Of a stretch of 31,416 nt of DNA, positions 16,320-24,857 are shown piece after piece. The DNA comes from Pseudomonadota bacterium. Its GTDB lineage: Bacteria; Pseudomonadota; Gammaproteobacteria; Steroidobacterales; Woeseiaceae. Location of the stretch: assembly GCA_038533315.1 (NCBI GenBank), contig JBCAZB010000001.1:1-31416 (forward strand), given 5' to 3'. The notes beneath the pieces are model-generated. The model saw only the letters and a program-made list of their open reading frames with translations. It was not told where the DNA came from and searched no databases. A program made the translations under genes and the position numbers. How positions within the stretch are numbered: the stretch's first letter is position 1; the number at the start of each line of letters is the position of its first letter.

Positions 16320-18880
16320 CTTGCGTCCTTCTCAGTGGCTTTGCTGGTTTTCTTTTTGGCCGTCTTTTTGCGAACGGTTTTCTTCTTGGTGGTCGTCTTC
16401 TTCTTCGCAGCCGCTTTCTTGCGTGTGGCTGGCTTGCGCGCCTGCTGACCGATTTCGCTGGTATCGAAATCATCGACCGCAATCAGTTCCGCTACAGCGG
16501 TATGGTATTCCGTCAGCAGTGCGGCTTCCTGTTTTTCGAGCAGACCGATATCGAGCGCTTCCTCAATCTGGTGTGGCAGATAGTCGGATTTGAGTGTGCC
16601 TTTCTTCTCGGCATCGCGCAGGCGACGCTGCAGTGGCTGCACCGTCACTGTTTGCTCAAGCGCTGCCTGCAGCATCCCAAGCGGGTTACCCGGCTGTTGT
16701 TCGCGGTAAACCTCGCCGCACAGGCGATCGCGAGCACCGGTTGGGTTGATCATCAGCTCAACGATATCCTGACCAATGCGGTCAGACGGCGCTGAATAGG
16801 TGCGCCCGCGCGGGAAAATCAGCGCGCGCAACAACCATGCCACAGGACGGTTCGGGAAATTCTGCAGGAAGCTGTGCAATTGCTCCTGCGCCTGATACAT
16901 CAGCGTGCGCACCGACCACTCAACCAATGGCAAGTCCTGCGGTTGACGACCCTGGTTTTCGTAGTGCTTCAGGACAGTGCTGGCGAGGTACATGTAACTG
17001 AATACATCGCCGAGCCGTGCCGACAGGCGTTCTTTGATTTTCAGCTTGCCGCCGAGTGTCAACATCGCGAAGTCCGCTGTCAGTGCGAAAGCGGCGCTAT
17101 AGCGGTTGATGTTCTGGAAGTAACGCGACGTCGATGACTGCACCGGCACGTCGCTGAACTTGGCATGCGTCAGCGCCAGTACGAACGCGCGTGCTGCGTT
17201 GCTGATCGCATAGCCGATGTGGCCGAACAGCGCTTTGTCGAATTCGATCAAGCCGCGATTTTCGTCCTCGTCCTGTGCCGCGTGCAGCTCACGCAGTACA
17301 AACGGGTGACACCGTATTGCGCCCTGCCCGAAGATAATCAATGATCGGGTCAGAATGTTGGCGCCTTCTACGGTGATCGCGATCGGCAATGCCATATAGC
17401 CTCTGCCGAGGTAGTTGCGCGGTCCCATCATCACGCCTTTGCCGCCTTGCACATCCATGGCGTCATTAGCGACCTTCCGTGCAAGTTCCGTGCAGTGATA
17501 CTTCAATACCGCGGACGGTACGGCAGGCTTTTCGCCCTCCGTAATCGCCCCGGCGGTCACGTCGACGGCAGCATTCATGATGTAGGTGTTGCCGGCCATG
17601 CGTGCGATCGCCTCACCAACCCCTTCGAATTGACCAATCGGCAAATGGAACTGACGGCGGATGCGCGCATAAGCACCGGTCGCGAAGGTCGCAGCCTGGC
17701 CACCACCTGCACCACTGGATGGCAGCGTGATCGCACGGCCGACGGACAGCAGCTCGACCAGCATCTTCCAGCCTTTGCCGGCCATTTCTGGACCGCCAAT
17801 GATGTAGTCGAGCGGCACGAATACGTCCTTGCCGCTGGTCGGGCCATTCTGGAACGGAACGTTCAGCGGCAGGTGACGACGGCCATGTACGACACCCGGT
17901 GTGTTAGTGGGTACCAGTGCTGCGGTAATGCCGTAATCGTCGACATCGCCGATCAGGTTGTCCGGATCGCGTAGCTTGAACGCCAAACCGAGGACCGTGG
18001 CGATGGGGGCCAGCGTGATGTAACGCTTATTCCAGTTTAGCTTGATGCCGATGATCTCTTCACCTTCCCAGGTGCCCTTGCAGACAACGCCCGAGTCGAT
18101 CAAAGCAGCGGCGTCTGACCCGGCTTGCGGCGACGTCAGTGCAAAACACGGAATTTCGTCGCCGGATGCGAGGCCAGGTAGGTAACGCTGTTTCTGTTCA
18201 TCGGTGCCGTAGTGCAACAGCAACTCAGCCGGGCCCAGCGAGTTCGGTACACCGATCGTTGATGCGGCAACGGTGCAACGCGTCGACAGTTTCTTCAGGA
18301 TCAGCGCATTGGCGTACGGCGAGAATTCCAATCCGCCATACTCTTTCGGAATGATCATCGCGAAGAAGCGGTGCTCTTTGATGTAATCCCAGATTTCAGG
18401 CGGCATATCACCTAGCTCGTGGCTGATCTGCCAGTCGTCGAGCATGCGGCACAGCGTTTCGGTCGGCCCGTCGATGAAAGCCTGTTCCTCTTCCGTCAAA
18501 CGCGGCGCCGGCATTTGCATCAGACGATTCCAGTTCGGTAGTCCGGTGAACAGCTCTCCGTCCCACCACACGCTGCCGGCTTCAAGGGCTTCTCGTTCGG
18601 TGTCCGACATCTGCGGCAGCATCGTCTTATAGACGTTCAGCATGCGGCGCGTGATCTGATCACGACGGAAGTCATCGAAGTTCAGGACGACCATCGTCAG
18701 TACGATCAGCCACAGCAACAGCATGACGAACCCATAGCCATCGCCAAACAGCTGGTAAGCCGCGACGGCCGCGACGGCGGCGATCGTCGCTGTTTTCAAG
18801 TCGACACGCTTGTAAGCCAGCATCAGCGCGCCGCCAAACAGCAGCACGAACCAAAACAGTCCAAAAATGAAATCCAGCAC
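16316..18880 (-). CDS. fadE: Membrane-anchored acyl-CoA dehydrogenase FadE with Lys-rich C-terminal tail
   Basis: GTG start with GGAG SD, two N-terminal TMs, MSDTEREALEAGSVWWDGELF, VPNSLGPAELL, PCFALTSPQAGSDA, KRYITLAP, GRAITLP, ITVEGANILTRSLIIFGQGAIRCHP. Confidence 0.95.
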   Translation of the reverse strand: MLDFIFGLFWFVLLFGGALMLAYKRVDLKTATIAAVAAVAAYQLFGDGYGFVMLLLWLIVLTMVVLNFDDFRRDQITRRMLNVYKTMLPQMSDTEREALEAGSVWWDGELFTGLPNWNRLMQMPAPRLTEEEQAFIDGPTETLCRMLDDWQISHELGDMPPEIWDYIKEHRFFAMIIPKEYGGLEFSPYANALILKKLSTRCTVAASTIGVPNSLGPAELLLHYGTDEQKQRYLPGLASGDEIPCFALTSPQAGSDAAALIDSGVVCKGTWEGEEIIGIKLNWNKRYITLAPIATVLGLAFKLRDPDNLIGDVDDYGITAALVPTNTPGVVHGRRHLPLNVPFQNGPTSGKDVFVPLDYIIGGPEMAGKGWKMLVELLSVGRAITLPSSGAGGGQAATFATGAYARIRRQFHLPIGQFEGVGEAIARMAGNTYIMNAAVDVTAGAITEGEKPAVPSAVLKYHCTELARKVANDAMDVQGGKGVMMGPRNYLGRGYMALPIAITVEGANILTRSLIIFGQGAIRCHPFVLRELHAAQDEDENRGLIEFDKALFGHIGYAISNAARAFVLALTHAKFSDVPVQSSTSRYFQNINRYSAAFALTADFAMLTLGGKLKIKERLSARLGDVFSYMYLASTVLKHYENQGRQPQDLPLVEWSVRTLMYQAQEQLHSFLQNFPNRPVAWLLRALIFPRGRTYSAPSDRIGQDIVELMINPTGARDRLCGEVYREQQPGNPLGMLQAALEQTVTVQPLQRRLRDAEKKGTLKSDYLPHQIEEALDIGLLEKQEAALLTEYHTAVAELIAVDDFDTSEIGQQARKPATRKKAAAKKKTTTKKKTVRKKTAKKKTSKATEKDAS

Positions 18881-18893
18881 GGCAGTCTCCGTC

Positions 18894-19874
18894 TTAACCC
18901 AGCAGCGATTCGATGGCAGCGCGCTCTTCGCGTAGCTCCGCTTCGGTGGCGTCCATCAGTTTGCGGCTTGCTTCGGTCACTTCGAGTTCACGAATGATCT
19001 CGTATTCGCCATTGGCGCATTTGACCGGGAATGAATAAATGATGCCCGGCTCGATGCCGTAGCTGCCATCCGCCGGCACCGCCATGCTGATCCAGCTATC
19101 GCTGGCGCTACCGAGGGCCCAGTCATGCATGTGATCAATGGCCGCCGATGCAGCGGATGCGGCCGAAGAGGCACCGCGCGCCTTGATGATCGCGGCGCCG
19201 CGTTGTTGCACGGTTGGAATAAAGTCGTCGTTGACCCAGTCGGCATCGACGAGATCTGGCGCAGAACTCCCCGCGACAGTCGTATGTGTGATGTCGGGGT
19301 ACTGAGTCGCGGAGTGGTTGCCCCAGATCGTCATATTGCGCACGTCGCTCACGTGTTTGCCGGTCTTTTCAGCAAGCTGTGCGATTGCGCGATTGTGATC
19401 CAGGCGTGTCATCGCTGTGAAATTAGCCGCATTAAGATCCGGCGCGTTCGACTGTGCGATCAGCGCGTTGGTATTTGCCGGGTTACCGACGACGAGTACT
19501 TTGATATTACGGTCGGCGACCTTATTCATCGCCTGGCCCTGCGCCGAGAAGATTTTTGCATTGGCCTCGAGCAAATCTTTGCGCTCCATGCCTGGCCCAC
19601 GCGGGCGGGCGCCTACGAGCAATGCAAACTCGGCGTCCTTGAAGGCTACCTCAGCGTCGTCGGTGGCAACGACACCGGCCAGAGTACTGAACGCGCAGTC
19701 ATCCAGTTCCATCACGACGCCTTTCAAGGCATCGAGGGCAGGTGTGATTTCCAGTAGTTGCAAAATAACAGGTTGGTCGGCGCCGAGCATTTGCCCGGAT
19801 GCGATACGAAATGCGAGTTGATAGCCGATCTGGCCAGCTGCGCCGGTGATGGCGACGCGAACAGGTGCTTTCAT
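18894..19874 (-). CDS. mdh: Malate dehydrogenase (type 2 family)
   Basis: [80 protein letters not shown]. Confidence 0.97.
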   Translation of the reverse strand: MKAPVRVAITGAAGQIGYQLAFRIASGQMLGADQPVILQLLEITPALDALKGVVMELDDCAFSTLAGVVATDDAEVAFKDAEFALLVGARPRGPGMERKDLLEANAKIFSAQGQAMNKVADRNIKVLVVGNPANTNALIAQSNAPDLNAANFTAMTRLDHNRAIAQLAEKTGKHVSDVRNMTIWGNHSATQYPDITHTTVAGSSAPDLVDADWVNDDFIPTVQQRGAAIIKARGASSAASAASAAIDHMHDWALGSASDSWISMAVPADGSYGIEPGIIYSFPVKCANGEYEIIRELEVTEASRKLMDATEAELREERAAIESLLG

Positions 19875-19983
19875 TATGTGTCCCTTAATTTTTAAGACTG
19901 TCCCGATTGTCTTGGCAGTATCTCACAGGACCGCGGTTGTTGCATCGCAGCATTCCGTCGTCGCGATCGCGTCCAAGGCTGGG

Positions 19984-20023
19984 TTGCGTTTCTGAGTATT
20001 GGTGTTATAGTATGGTATAACAC
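19984..20023 (+). promoter_or_regulatory. Sigma70 promoter with overlapping palindromic operator (candidate GntR/YtrA site)
   Basis: TTGCGT (19984-89)-N16-TATAGT (20006-11) with TGn extension; alternative TGgTATAAC. Perfect repeat GTGTTATA-N6-TATAACAC (20002-20023). Confidence 0.7.
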
Positions 20024-20043
20024 TAACGCAGAGGCAGGAGATC

Positions 20044-20229
20044 ATGTACCTTAACGAATCGTCGGATCACAACATGGCGCGGGCTCGTGAGCATCGCGGC
20101 AACGCATGGAGCGGCGTTGTGGCACTGGCACTGCTTGCGATGTTTACTGTCGCGTTGATTGCCAGTGAATCGGCTACAGACGCGGAAGAATCGCACGATG
20201 CAGTAGCCATCGTGATTGCTGGTCAGTAA
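20044..20229 (+). CDS. Small single-TM hypothetical protein
   Basis: 61 aa, strong SD (AGGAG) 3 nt before ATG, one hydrophobic segment GVVALALLAMFTVALIA, first ORF after the promoter. Confidence 0.55.
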   Translation: MYLNESSDHNMARAREHRGNAWSGVVALALLAMFTVALIASESATDAEESHDAVAIVIAGQ

Positions 20230-20281
20230 TCGCGGTCCGATGAGTGCTGATAGTGAGACGACTGCGAGTGATTGGAGCCTG

Positions 20282-20641
20282 ATGGACCCTAAATGGAACG
20301 ATGATGTGCCGATTTATCGGCAGTTGCGCGACCGCGTTGTTGCGATGTTGCTGGAAGGTGTCCTTACCGACGGCGATCCGTTGCCGTCCGTGCGTAATGT
20401 CGCGGCCGAATACCGTCTCAATCCACTAACGGTCCTGAAGGGTTACCAGGAACTGGTCGACGAGGAACTGGTTGAGAAAAAACGTGGGCGCGGTATGTAT
20501 GTGCTGCCTGGGGTCCGCGAAAAACTGCTGAATGACGAAAAAGAGCGGTTTCTGCGAGATCAGTGGCCGGATGTGCTTGCGACGATCCAGCGTCTGGAAC
20601 TGGATCCTGCTGAGTTGCTCGCCAACGGCCACGACGAATAG
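20282..20641 (+). CDS. GntR-family transcriptional regulator (YtrA/YhcF subfamily)
   Basis: Start reassigned to ATG 20282 (GGAG SD). PIYRQL...GDPLPSVRNVAAEYRLNPLTVLKGYQEL...KRGRGMYV with a very short C-terminal helix, upstream of an ABC pair. Confidence 0.92.
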   Translation: MDPKWNDDVPIYRQLRDRVVAMLLEGVLTDGDPLPSVRNVAAEYRLNPLTVLKGYQELVDEELVEKKRGRGMYVLPGVREKLLNDEKERFLRDQWPDVLATIQRLELDPAELLANGHDE

Positions 20642-20668
20642 CCGCTTCACGCGAGGGGATAACAACAG

Positions 20669-21529
20669 ATGGCAGCTTTGATTGAGGCGCGCGGTGTTAG
20701 TAAGCATTTCGGAGACGTGCGAGCGGTCGACGACGTCAGCTTTAACATCGAACGCGGGCGTATCGTTGGTCTGATTGGTCCGAACGGTGCTGGCAAGACA
20801 ACCTTGCTACAGGCGGTCCTGGGTCTGACGAGCTGTAACGGCACATTGCGTGTCTGCGGTCATGATCCGTTTCGCGAACGACAGGCCCTGATGAACTCGG
20901 TCAGCTACGTCGCGGATGTCGCGGTCCTACCCAAGTGGATCACTGTGTCGCGTTTGCTTGACTATGTTGCAACGGTGCATCCCAAATTCGTGTTGAGCGA
21001 CGCAGAAGCTGCATTGCGACAAACGAAAATTAAACCCAACGCTAAGGTAAAAGCGCTGTCCAAGGGCATGGTCGCGCAACTGCATTTATCGATCATCATG
21101 GCGATTGACGCGGAGTTACTTATCCTCGATGAGCCGACGTTGGGGCTCGATATCTTGTTCCGCAAGTCATTCTACTCAGAGTTGTTGAGTGACTACTTCA
21201 ATGAAGATCGCACCATCATTATCACGACGCATCAAGTCGAGGAGATCGAGAATATTCTGACCGACGTCATGTTCATTGATGACGGCAAGCTCGTGCTCGA
21301 TGAGTCGCTGGAGTCGATCGGCGAGCAATACACCGAGCTGATGGCTTCATCCGAACATGCCGCGGCTGCGCGCGCCCTGACGCCGATTGCTGAGCGTAGT
21401 GTGTTTGGTCAGACCGTCTTTACGTTCGCGGGTACACCGAGAGAGCGTCTGAAGGAGCTCGGCGAGGTGCGCACCCCTGGCCTTGCCGATTTGTTTGTTG
21501 CAAGAATTTCTCGGGAGCGCGCCGCATGA
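20669..21529 (+). CDS. ABC transporter ATP-binding protein (YtrB-like)
   Basis: Walker A GPNGAGKTT, signature LSKGM, LILDEPTLGLD, TTHQVEE. Confidence 0.92.
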   Translation: MAALIEARGVSKHFGDVRAVDDVSFNIERGRIVGLIGPNGAGKTTLLQAVLGLTSCNGTLRVCGHDPFRERQALMNSVSYVADVAVLPKWITVSRLLDYVATVHPKFVLSDAEAALRQTKIKPNAKVKALSKGMVAQLHLSIIMAIDAELLILDEPTLGLDILFRKSFYSELLSDYFNEDRTIIITTHQVEEIENILTDVMFIDDGKLVLDESLESIGEQYTELMASSEHAAAARALTPIAERSVFGQTVFTFAGTPRERLKELGEVRTPGLADLFVARISRERAA

Positions 21530-22452
21530 TCCAGCAAATGCCGATGTTACTGCGTCGCGAGTTGTGGGAGCACAAGGCGTTGTACGTCACGCCGTTTGTC
21601 GTCGCTGCACTTATTGTGTTCGGCTTTATCCTGTCGTTTTTCGTTATGGTGTTTACCGGATCGTCTTTTAATGCTGCAGTCGCCGCGTTGGAGTTGACCG
21701 GCGCCCCTGCGTCACTGGCGGGCGGCGCGGCGTTGGTTGGCGTGCCGTTCGGGATGCTCAATCTGGCTTTAATCGCCGTTATCTTTTTCTACAGCATTGA
21801 TGCGCTCTATGCCGAGCGTCAGGACCGCAGTATTTTGTTCTGGCGTTCACTGCCGGTGACCGATACCGAGACCGTCATCTCGAAATTTCTGACTGCGATC
21901 ATCGCGGCACCGATAGTCACGATGCTGGTGATGCTCGTAACGCAAGTCATCTTGCTCACACTGGCTTCCATCGCGATTCTGTTGGGCAGTGGTAATCCGG
22001 TCGAATTACTGCTCGGTCCTCTGCCGTTCGTACAGACTTGGGTCCTGTTTGGTTATTTCCTGCTGGCCGGGTCGCTCTGGTTTGCGCCGGTTATTGCCTG
22101 GTTCCTGTTTTGCTCTGCATTTGCGAAGCGCTCGGTATTGATCTGGGTGTTTGTGCCGTGGATCGTGCTGATCATGCTGGAAGGCATCGTGCTCCGGCAG
22201 GGCACGATCCTTAACATGATCGGCCATCGTTTCAGCGCTGGCGTGCCGGCTGCATTCACGGCGCCCAGTGGTTTCGATATCAATCGGATCGACGACAATG
22301 AACTGGTCGACTTGCTCACCCGCGGTGACGTTAATGTCTTAGAGCTGATAGCCCCCGTTCAGTTTCTGACAACACCGGCATTGTGGGGTGGTTTCGCGGT
22401 AGCTGCCGCGCTACTGGCGGGCGCGATTTACTTCCGTCGTTTCCGTACCTGA
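21526..22452 (+). CDS. ABC-2 type permease
   Basis: ATGA overlap with the ATPase, about 6 hydrophobic segments, LYAERQDRSILFWRSLPVTDTETVISKF motif. Confidence 0.85.
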   Translation: MIQQMPMLLRRELWEHKALYVTPFVVAALIVFGFILSFFVMVFTGSSFNAAVAALELTGAPASLAGGAALVGVPFGMLNLALIAVIFFYSIDALYAERQDRSILFWRSLPVTDTETVISKFLTAIIAAPIVTMLVMLVTQVILLTLASIAILLGSGNPVELLLGPLPFVQTWVLFGYFLLAGSLWFAPVIAWFLFCSAFAKRSVLIWVFVPWIVLIMLEGIVLRQGTILNMIGHRFSAGVPAAFTAPSGFDINRIDDNELVDLLTRGDVNVLELIAPVQFLTTPALWGGFAVAAALLAGAIYFRRFRT

Positions 22453-23498
22453 GTCTGACGCCGTCTTGCATCCCTTCGCGTTTCCGCGTCCGGCTTGGCA
22501 CTGACATTCAGCTTTTTCATTCGTGATCGGAATTGGTGGTATGACAGCGCCAGCAACCCCGCTGCCGTTTTCTGATTGAAGTTGGCGCGTTCCAGCGCCT
22601 GTTCCACATAACGACGCTCGAAAGCGTCGCGTTCTCTTTTCAGGTTACAGGGCAACAACAACGGCTTGCCTGTTTGGACCGATAGGGTGCCGGGTGACGT
22701 CGCGGCAACCGGCTCGCTGACTAGCCGGAAAGGTGAGTCGAAGGCGTCGAAGATGATCTCGTCGACCAGCTCTTCGCTATCTTCCTGACGGTACACCGAA
22801 CGCTCAACTGCGTTCTTTAGTTCGCGAACATTACCGGGCCAGGTGTGCTGCAGCAGTGTTGAGGCCGCTCTTGAGTGGAAACCCGGGAAGTGGTCGCGAC
22901 GCAGTTCCGCACACATGTTGACAGCGAAGCTGTGTGCCAGTGGCAAAATGTCCTCGGCACGCTCACGCAGCGGCGGTACGGTGATGACGTCAAAGGCAAG
23001 TCTGTCGAGTAGGTCGGCTCGGAACGTGCCTCGGCTGACCCGAGCCGGAAGATCCTCATTGGTTGCCGCGACCAGCCGGACGTCGACATTGAGCGTTTCA
23101 CTGCCGCCAACCCGTTCGAATTCACCATACTCGATAACGCGCAGGATCTTCTCCTGCACGCGCATCGATACCGTGCCGAGTTCATCCAGAATCAGCGTGC
23201 CTCCGTCGGCGCGCTCGAAATGCCCCAGGTGCTGGCGGTTCGCACCAGTAAATGCGCCGGCTTCGTGACCAAAAAGCTCAGACTCGAGGATGCTCTCAGT
23301 CAACGCAGCGCAATTCACCTTAATGAGTGGCTGCTCCCAGCGTTCCGACAGAAAGTGCAGGCGGCCAGCGATGAGTTCCTTACCGGTACCACGCTCGCCG
23401 ATCACAAGAACGGGCCGCGCGACGGGGGCCGCACGGGACACGTGCTCCAGCATTGCCAGAAAAACGGGCGATTCACCAATGAGCTGAATATTCTGCAT
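22428..23498 (-). CDS. pspF: Phage shock protein sigma54 activator PspF
   Basis: No N-terminal regulatory domain, Walker A GERGTGKE, LSERW (PspA-docking Trp), ESELFGHEAGAFTGA, ILDE, WPGNVRELKN, C-terminal HTH; divergent from pspA. Confidence 0.95.
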   Translation of the reverse strand: MQNIQLIGESPVFLAMLEHVSRAAPVARPVLVIGERGTGKELIAGRLHFLSERWEQPLIKVNCAALTESILESELFGHEAGAFTGANRQHLGHFERADGGTLILDELGTVSMRVQEKILRVIEYGEFERVGGSETLNVDVRLVAATNEDLPARVSRGTFRADLLDRLAFDVITVPPLRERAEDILPLAHSFAVNMCAELRRDHFPGFHSRAASTLLQHTWPGNVRELKNAVERSVYRQEDSEELVDEIIFDAFDSPFRLVSEPVAATSPGTLSVQTGKPLLLPCNLKRERDAFERRYVEQALERANFNQKTAAGLLALSYHQFRSRMKKLNVSAKPDAETRRDARRRQTQVRKRRK

Positions 23499-23553
23499 TA
23501 GTCAAAAATACTATAAAAATAATAAAAATCGTAAAAATTAGTATAAATACTAA
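23498..23553. promoter_or_regulatory. Two candidate PspF upstream activator sites
   Basis: TTAGT-N7-ACTAT (23498-23514) and the perfect palindrome TTAGTAT-AA-ATACTAA (23538-23553), directly abutting the pspF start in an AT-rich region. Confidence 0.6.
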
Positions 23554-23600
23554 ATCTATTGAATCAGATGAATCCACCGGAAATTCAAAAATACATCTTA

Positions 23601-23613
23601 AAACAACAAGTTA
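23601..23613 (+). promoter_or_regulatory. Candidate IHF site
   Basis: AAACAA-CAAG-TTA versus consensus WATCAA-N4-TTR (1 mismatch), with an upstream A-tract, between the UAS and the sigma54 site. Confidence 0.5.
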
Positions 23614-23629
23614 TAATAAATCTTCGAGT

Positions 23630-23644
23630 TGGCACGGTTCCTGC
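23630..23644 (+). promoter_or_regulatory. Sigma54 (-24/-12) promoter of the psp operon
   Basis: TGGCAC-GGTTC-CTGC; GG-N10-GC spacing is exact; ends 41 nt before the pspA ATG. Confidence 0.88.
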
Positions 23645-23685
23645 TCTTACCTGAATGAGACCGAAGTATTTTTGAGGCACTGACT

Positions 23686-24363
23686 ATGGGTATCTTTTCT
23701 CGCTTTAGCGACATCGTGAATTCAAATATCAACGCCATTCTTGAGAAAGCGGAGGATCCGGAGAAGATCGTCCGGCTGATGATTCAGGAAATGGAAGACA
23801 CATTGGTTGAAGTCCGTTCGGCCGCCGCGCGTTCTATCGCGGACAAGAAGCTGCTTAACCGCAAACTGGAAGCGCTGGAGCGTGATGTCGTCGAATGGGA
23901 GGCGAAAGCTGAGCTAGCGCTGACCAAAGGTCGAGAAGACCTCGCCAAAGCGGCGTTGATCGAAAAGAACAACGCTGACCAGGCCGCTCAATCGATCCGC
24001 GAAGAGTATCAAGCGGTAGAAGAGGGGCTAGGCAAGCTGAACGACGACATCGCCCGGCTGGAGGCTAAGCTGAAAGATGCCAAGCTACGTCAGCAATCGT
24101 TGTTGTCGCGCCATGAAACGGCCAGCAAGCGACTGAAGGCACGTAATCTGACGCACAGTTATAAGGTGGACGATGCGCTGACTCGGTTTGAGCAGTATCA
24201 ACGCCGTATGGAAGACGTGGAGAGCCGCGTGGAGGCTTACGATCTCGGTACCCCGAAAGATCTGGATCACGAATTCGCGAGCCTGGAAGCGGAAGAGAAC
24301 ATTCGAGACGACTTTGAGCGTTTGAAAGCGCGTCTCGCTGAGCGGGAGGGTCAGCAGCACTGA
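23686..24363 (+). CDS. pspA: Phage shock protein A
   Basis: MGIFSRFSDIVNSNINAILEKAEDPEKIVRLMIQEMEDTLVEVRS; coiled coil; GAGG SD. Confidence 0.97.
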   Translation: MGIFSRFSDIVNSNINAILEKAEDPEKIVRLMIQEMEDTLVEVRSAAARSIADKKLLNRKLEALERDVVEWEAKAELALTKGREDLAKAALIEKNNADQAAQSIREEYQAVEEGLGKLNDDIARLEAKLKDAKLRQQSLLSRHETASKRLKARNLTHSYKVDDALTRFEQYQRRMEDVESRVEAYDLGTPKDLDHEFASLEAEENIRDDFERLKARLAEREGQQH

Positions 24364-24590
24364 TGAGCGACTACGTATTTGTACTGTGCATTCTGTTTCT
24401 AACGATTGCGTTGCCACTGGCGATTATTTTGCACTTCGTAACCAAATGGAAAGCATCAAGAGAATTGACGCACTCGGATGAGTCGCTCATTGAAGAAGTA
24501 TGGGACATTGCCCAGAAAATCGAGACTCGTGTGCAAGTGCTCGAAGAAATTCTGGACCTGGAATCACCGGATTGGAGGAACAAGACATGA
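24363..24590 (+). CDS. pspB: Phage shock protein B
   Basis: 75 aa, N-terminal TM, LHFVTKWK, RVQVLEEILD...PDWR; TGATG overlap with pspA. Confidence 0.9.
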   Translation: MSDYVFVLCILFLTIALPLAIILHFVTKWKASRELTHSDESLIEEVWDIAQKIETRVQVLEEILDLESPDWRNKT

Positions 24591-24853
24591 GACGCGACTA
24601 TCGTCGTTACCTGAGCGGGTTGTATCTTGATCGTGAAAACGGCTGGCTGTTTGGCGTAGCTGCAGGTCTCGCCGATCGATTTGCTATCGATGTCTCTGTC
24701 GTCCGGATCCTGATCGCGCTTGGCTTTATCTTCTTTACACTGTTAACGGCCGTGGGCTATGGGCTCGCCGCAGCATTGTTGAGCGATCGACCGTTGGCGC
24801 CGAGCGATCCGGAGCGTGAGCGAGACTTCTGGCGTAGTCCGAGGAGCTATTAA
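24587..24853 (+). CDS. PspC-domain protein (short paralogue)
   Basis: Start reassigned to ATG 24587 (ATGA overlap, GGAGG SD). LYLDRENGWLFGVAAGLADRFAIDVSVVRIL is a PspC domain; 88 aa, lacks the long C-terminal helix. Confidence 0.82.
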   Translation: MRRDYRRYLSGLYLDRENGWLFGVAAGLADRFAIDVSVVRILIALGFIFFTLLTAVGYGLAAALLSDRPLAPSDPERERDFWRSPRSY

Positions 24854-24857
24854 TCTG

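Noticed and set aside
3890-24857. Longest-ORF starts in the track for exeB (4831), PMK (9335), mvaS (14973), gntR (20216), pspC' (24500), pspC (24816)
   Set aside because: The extensions overlap neighbouring genes or promoters; internal starts match family N-termini and have SD or coupling signals.
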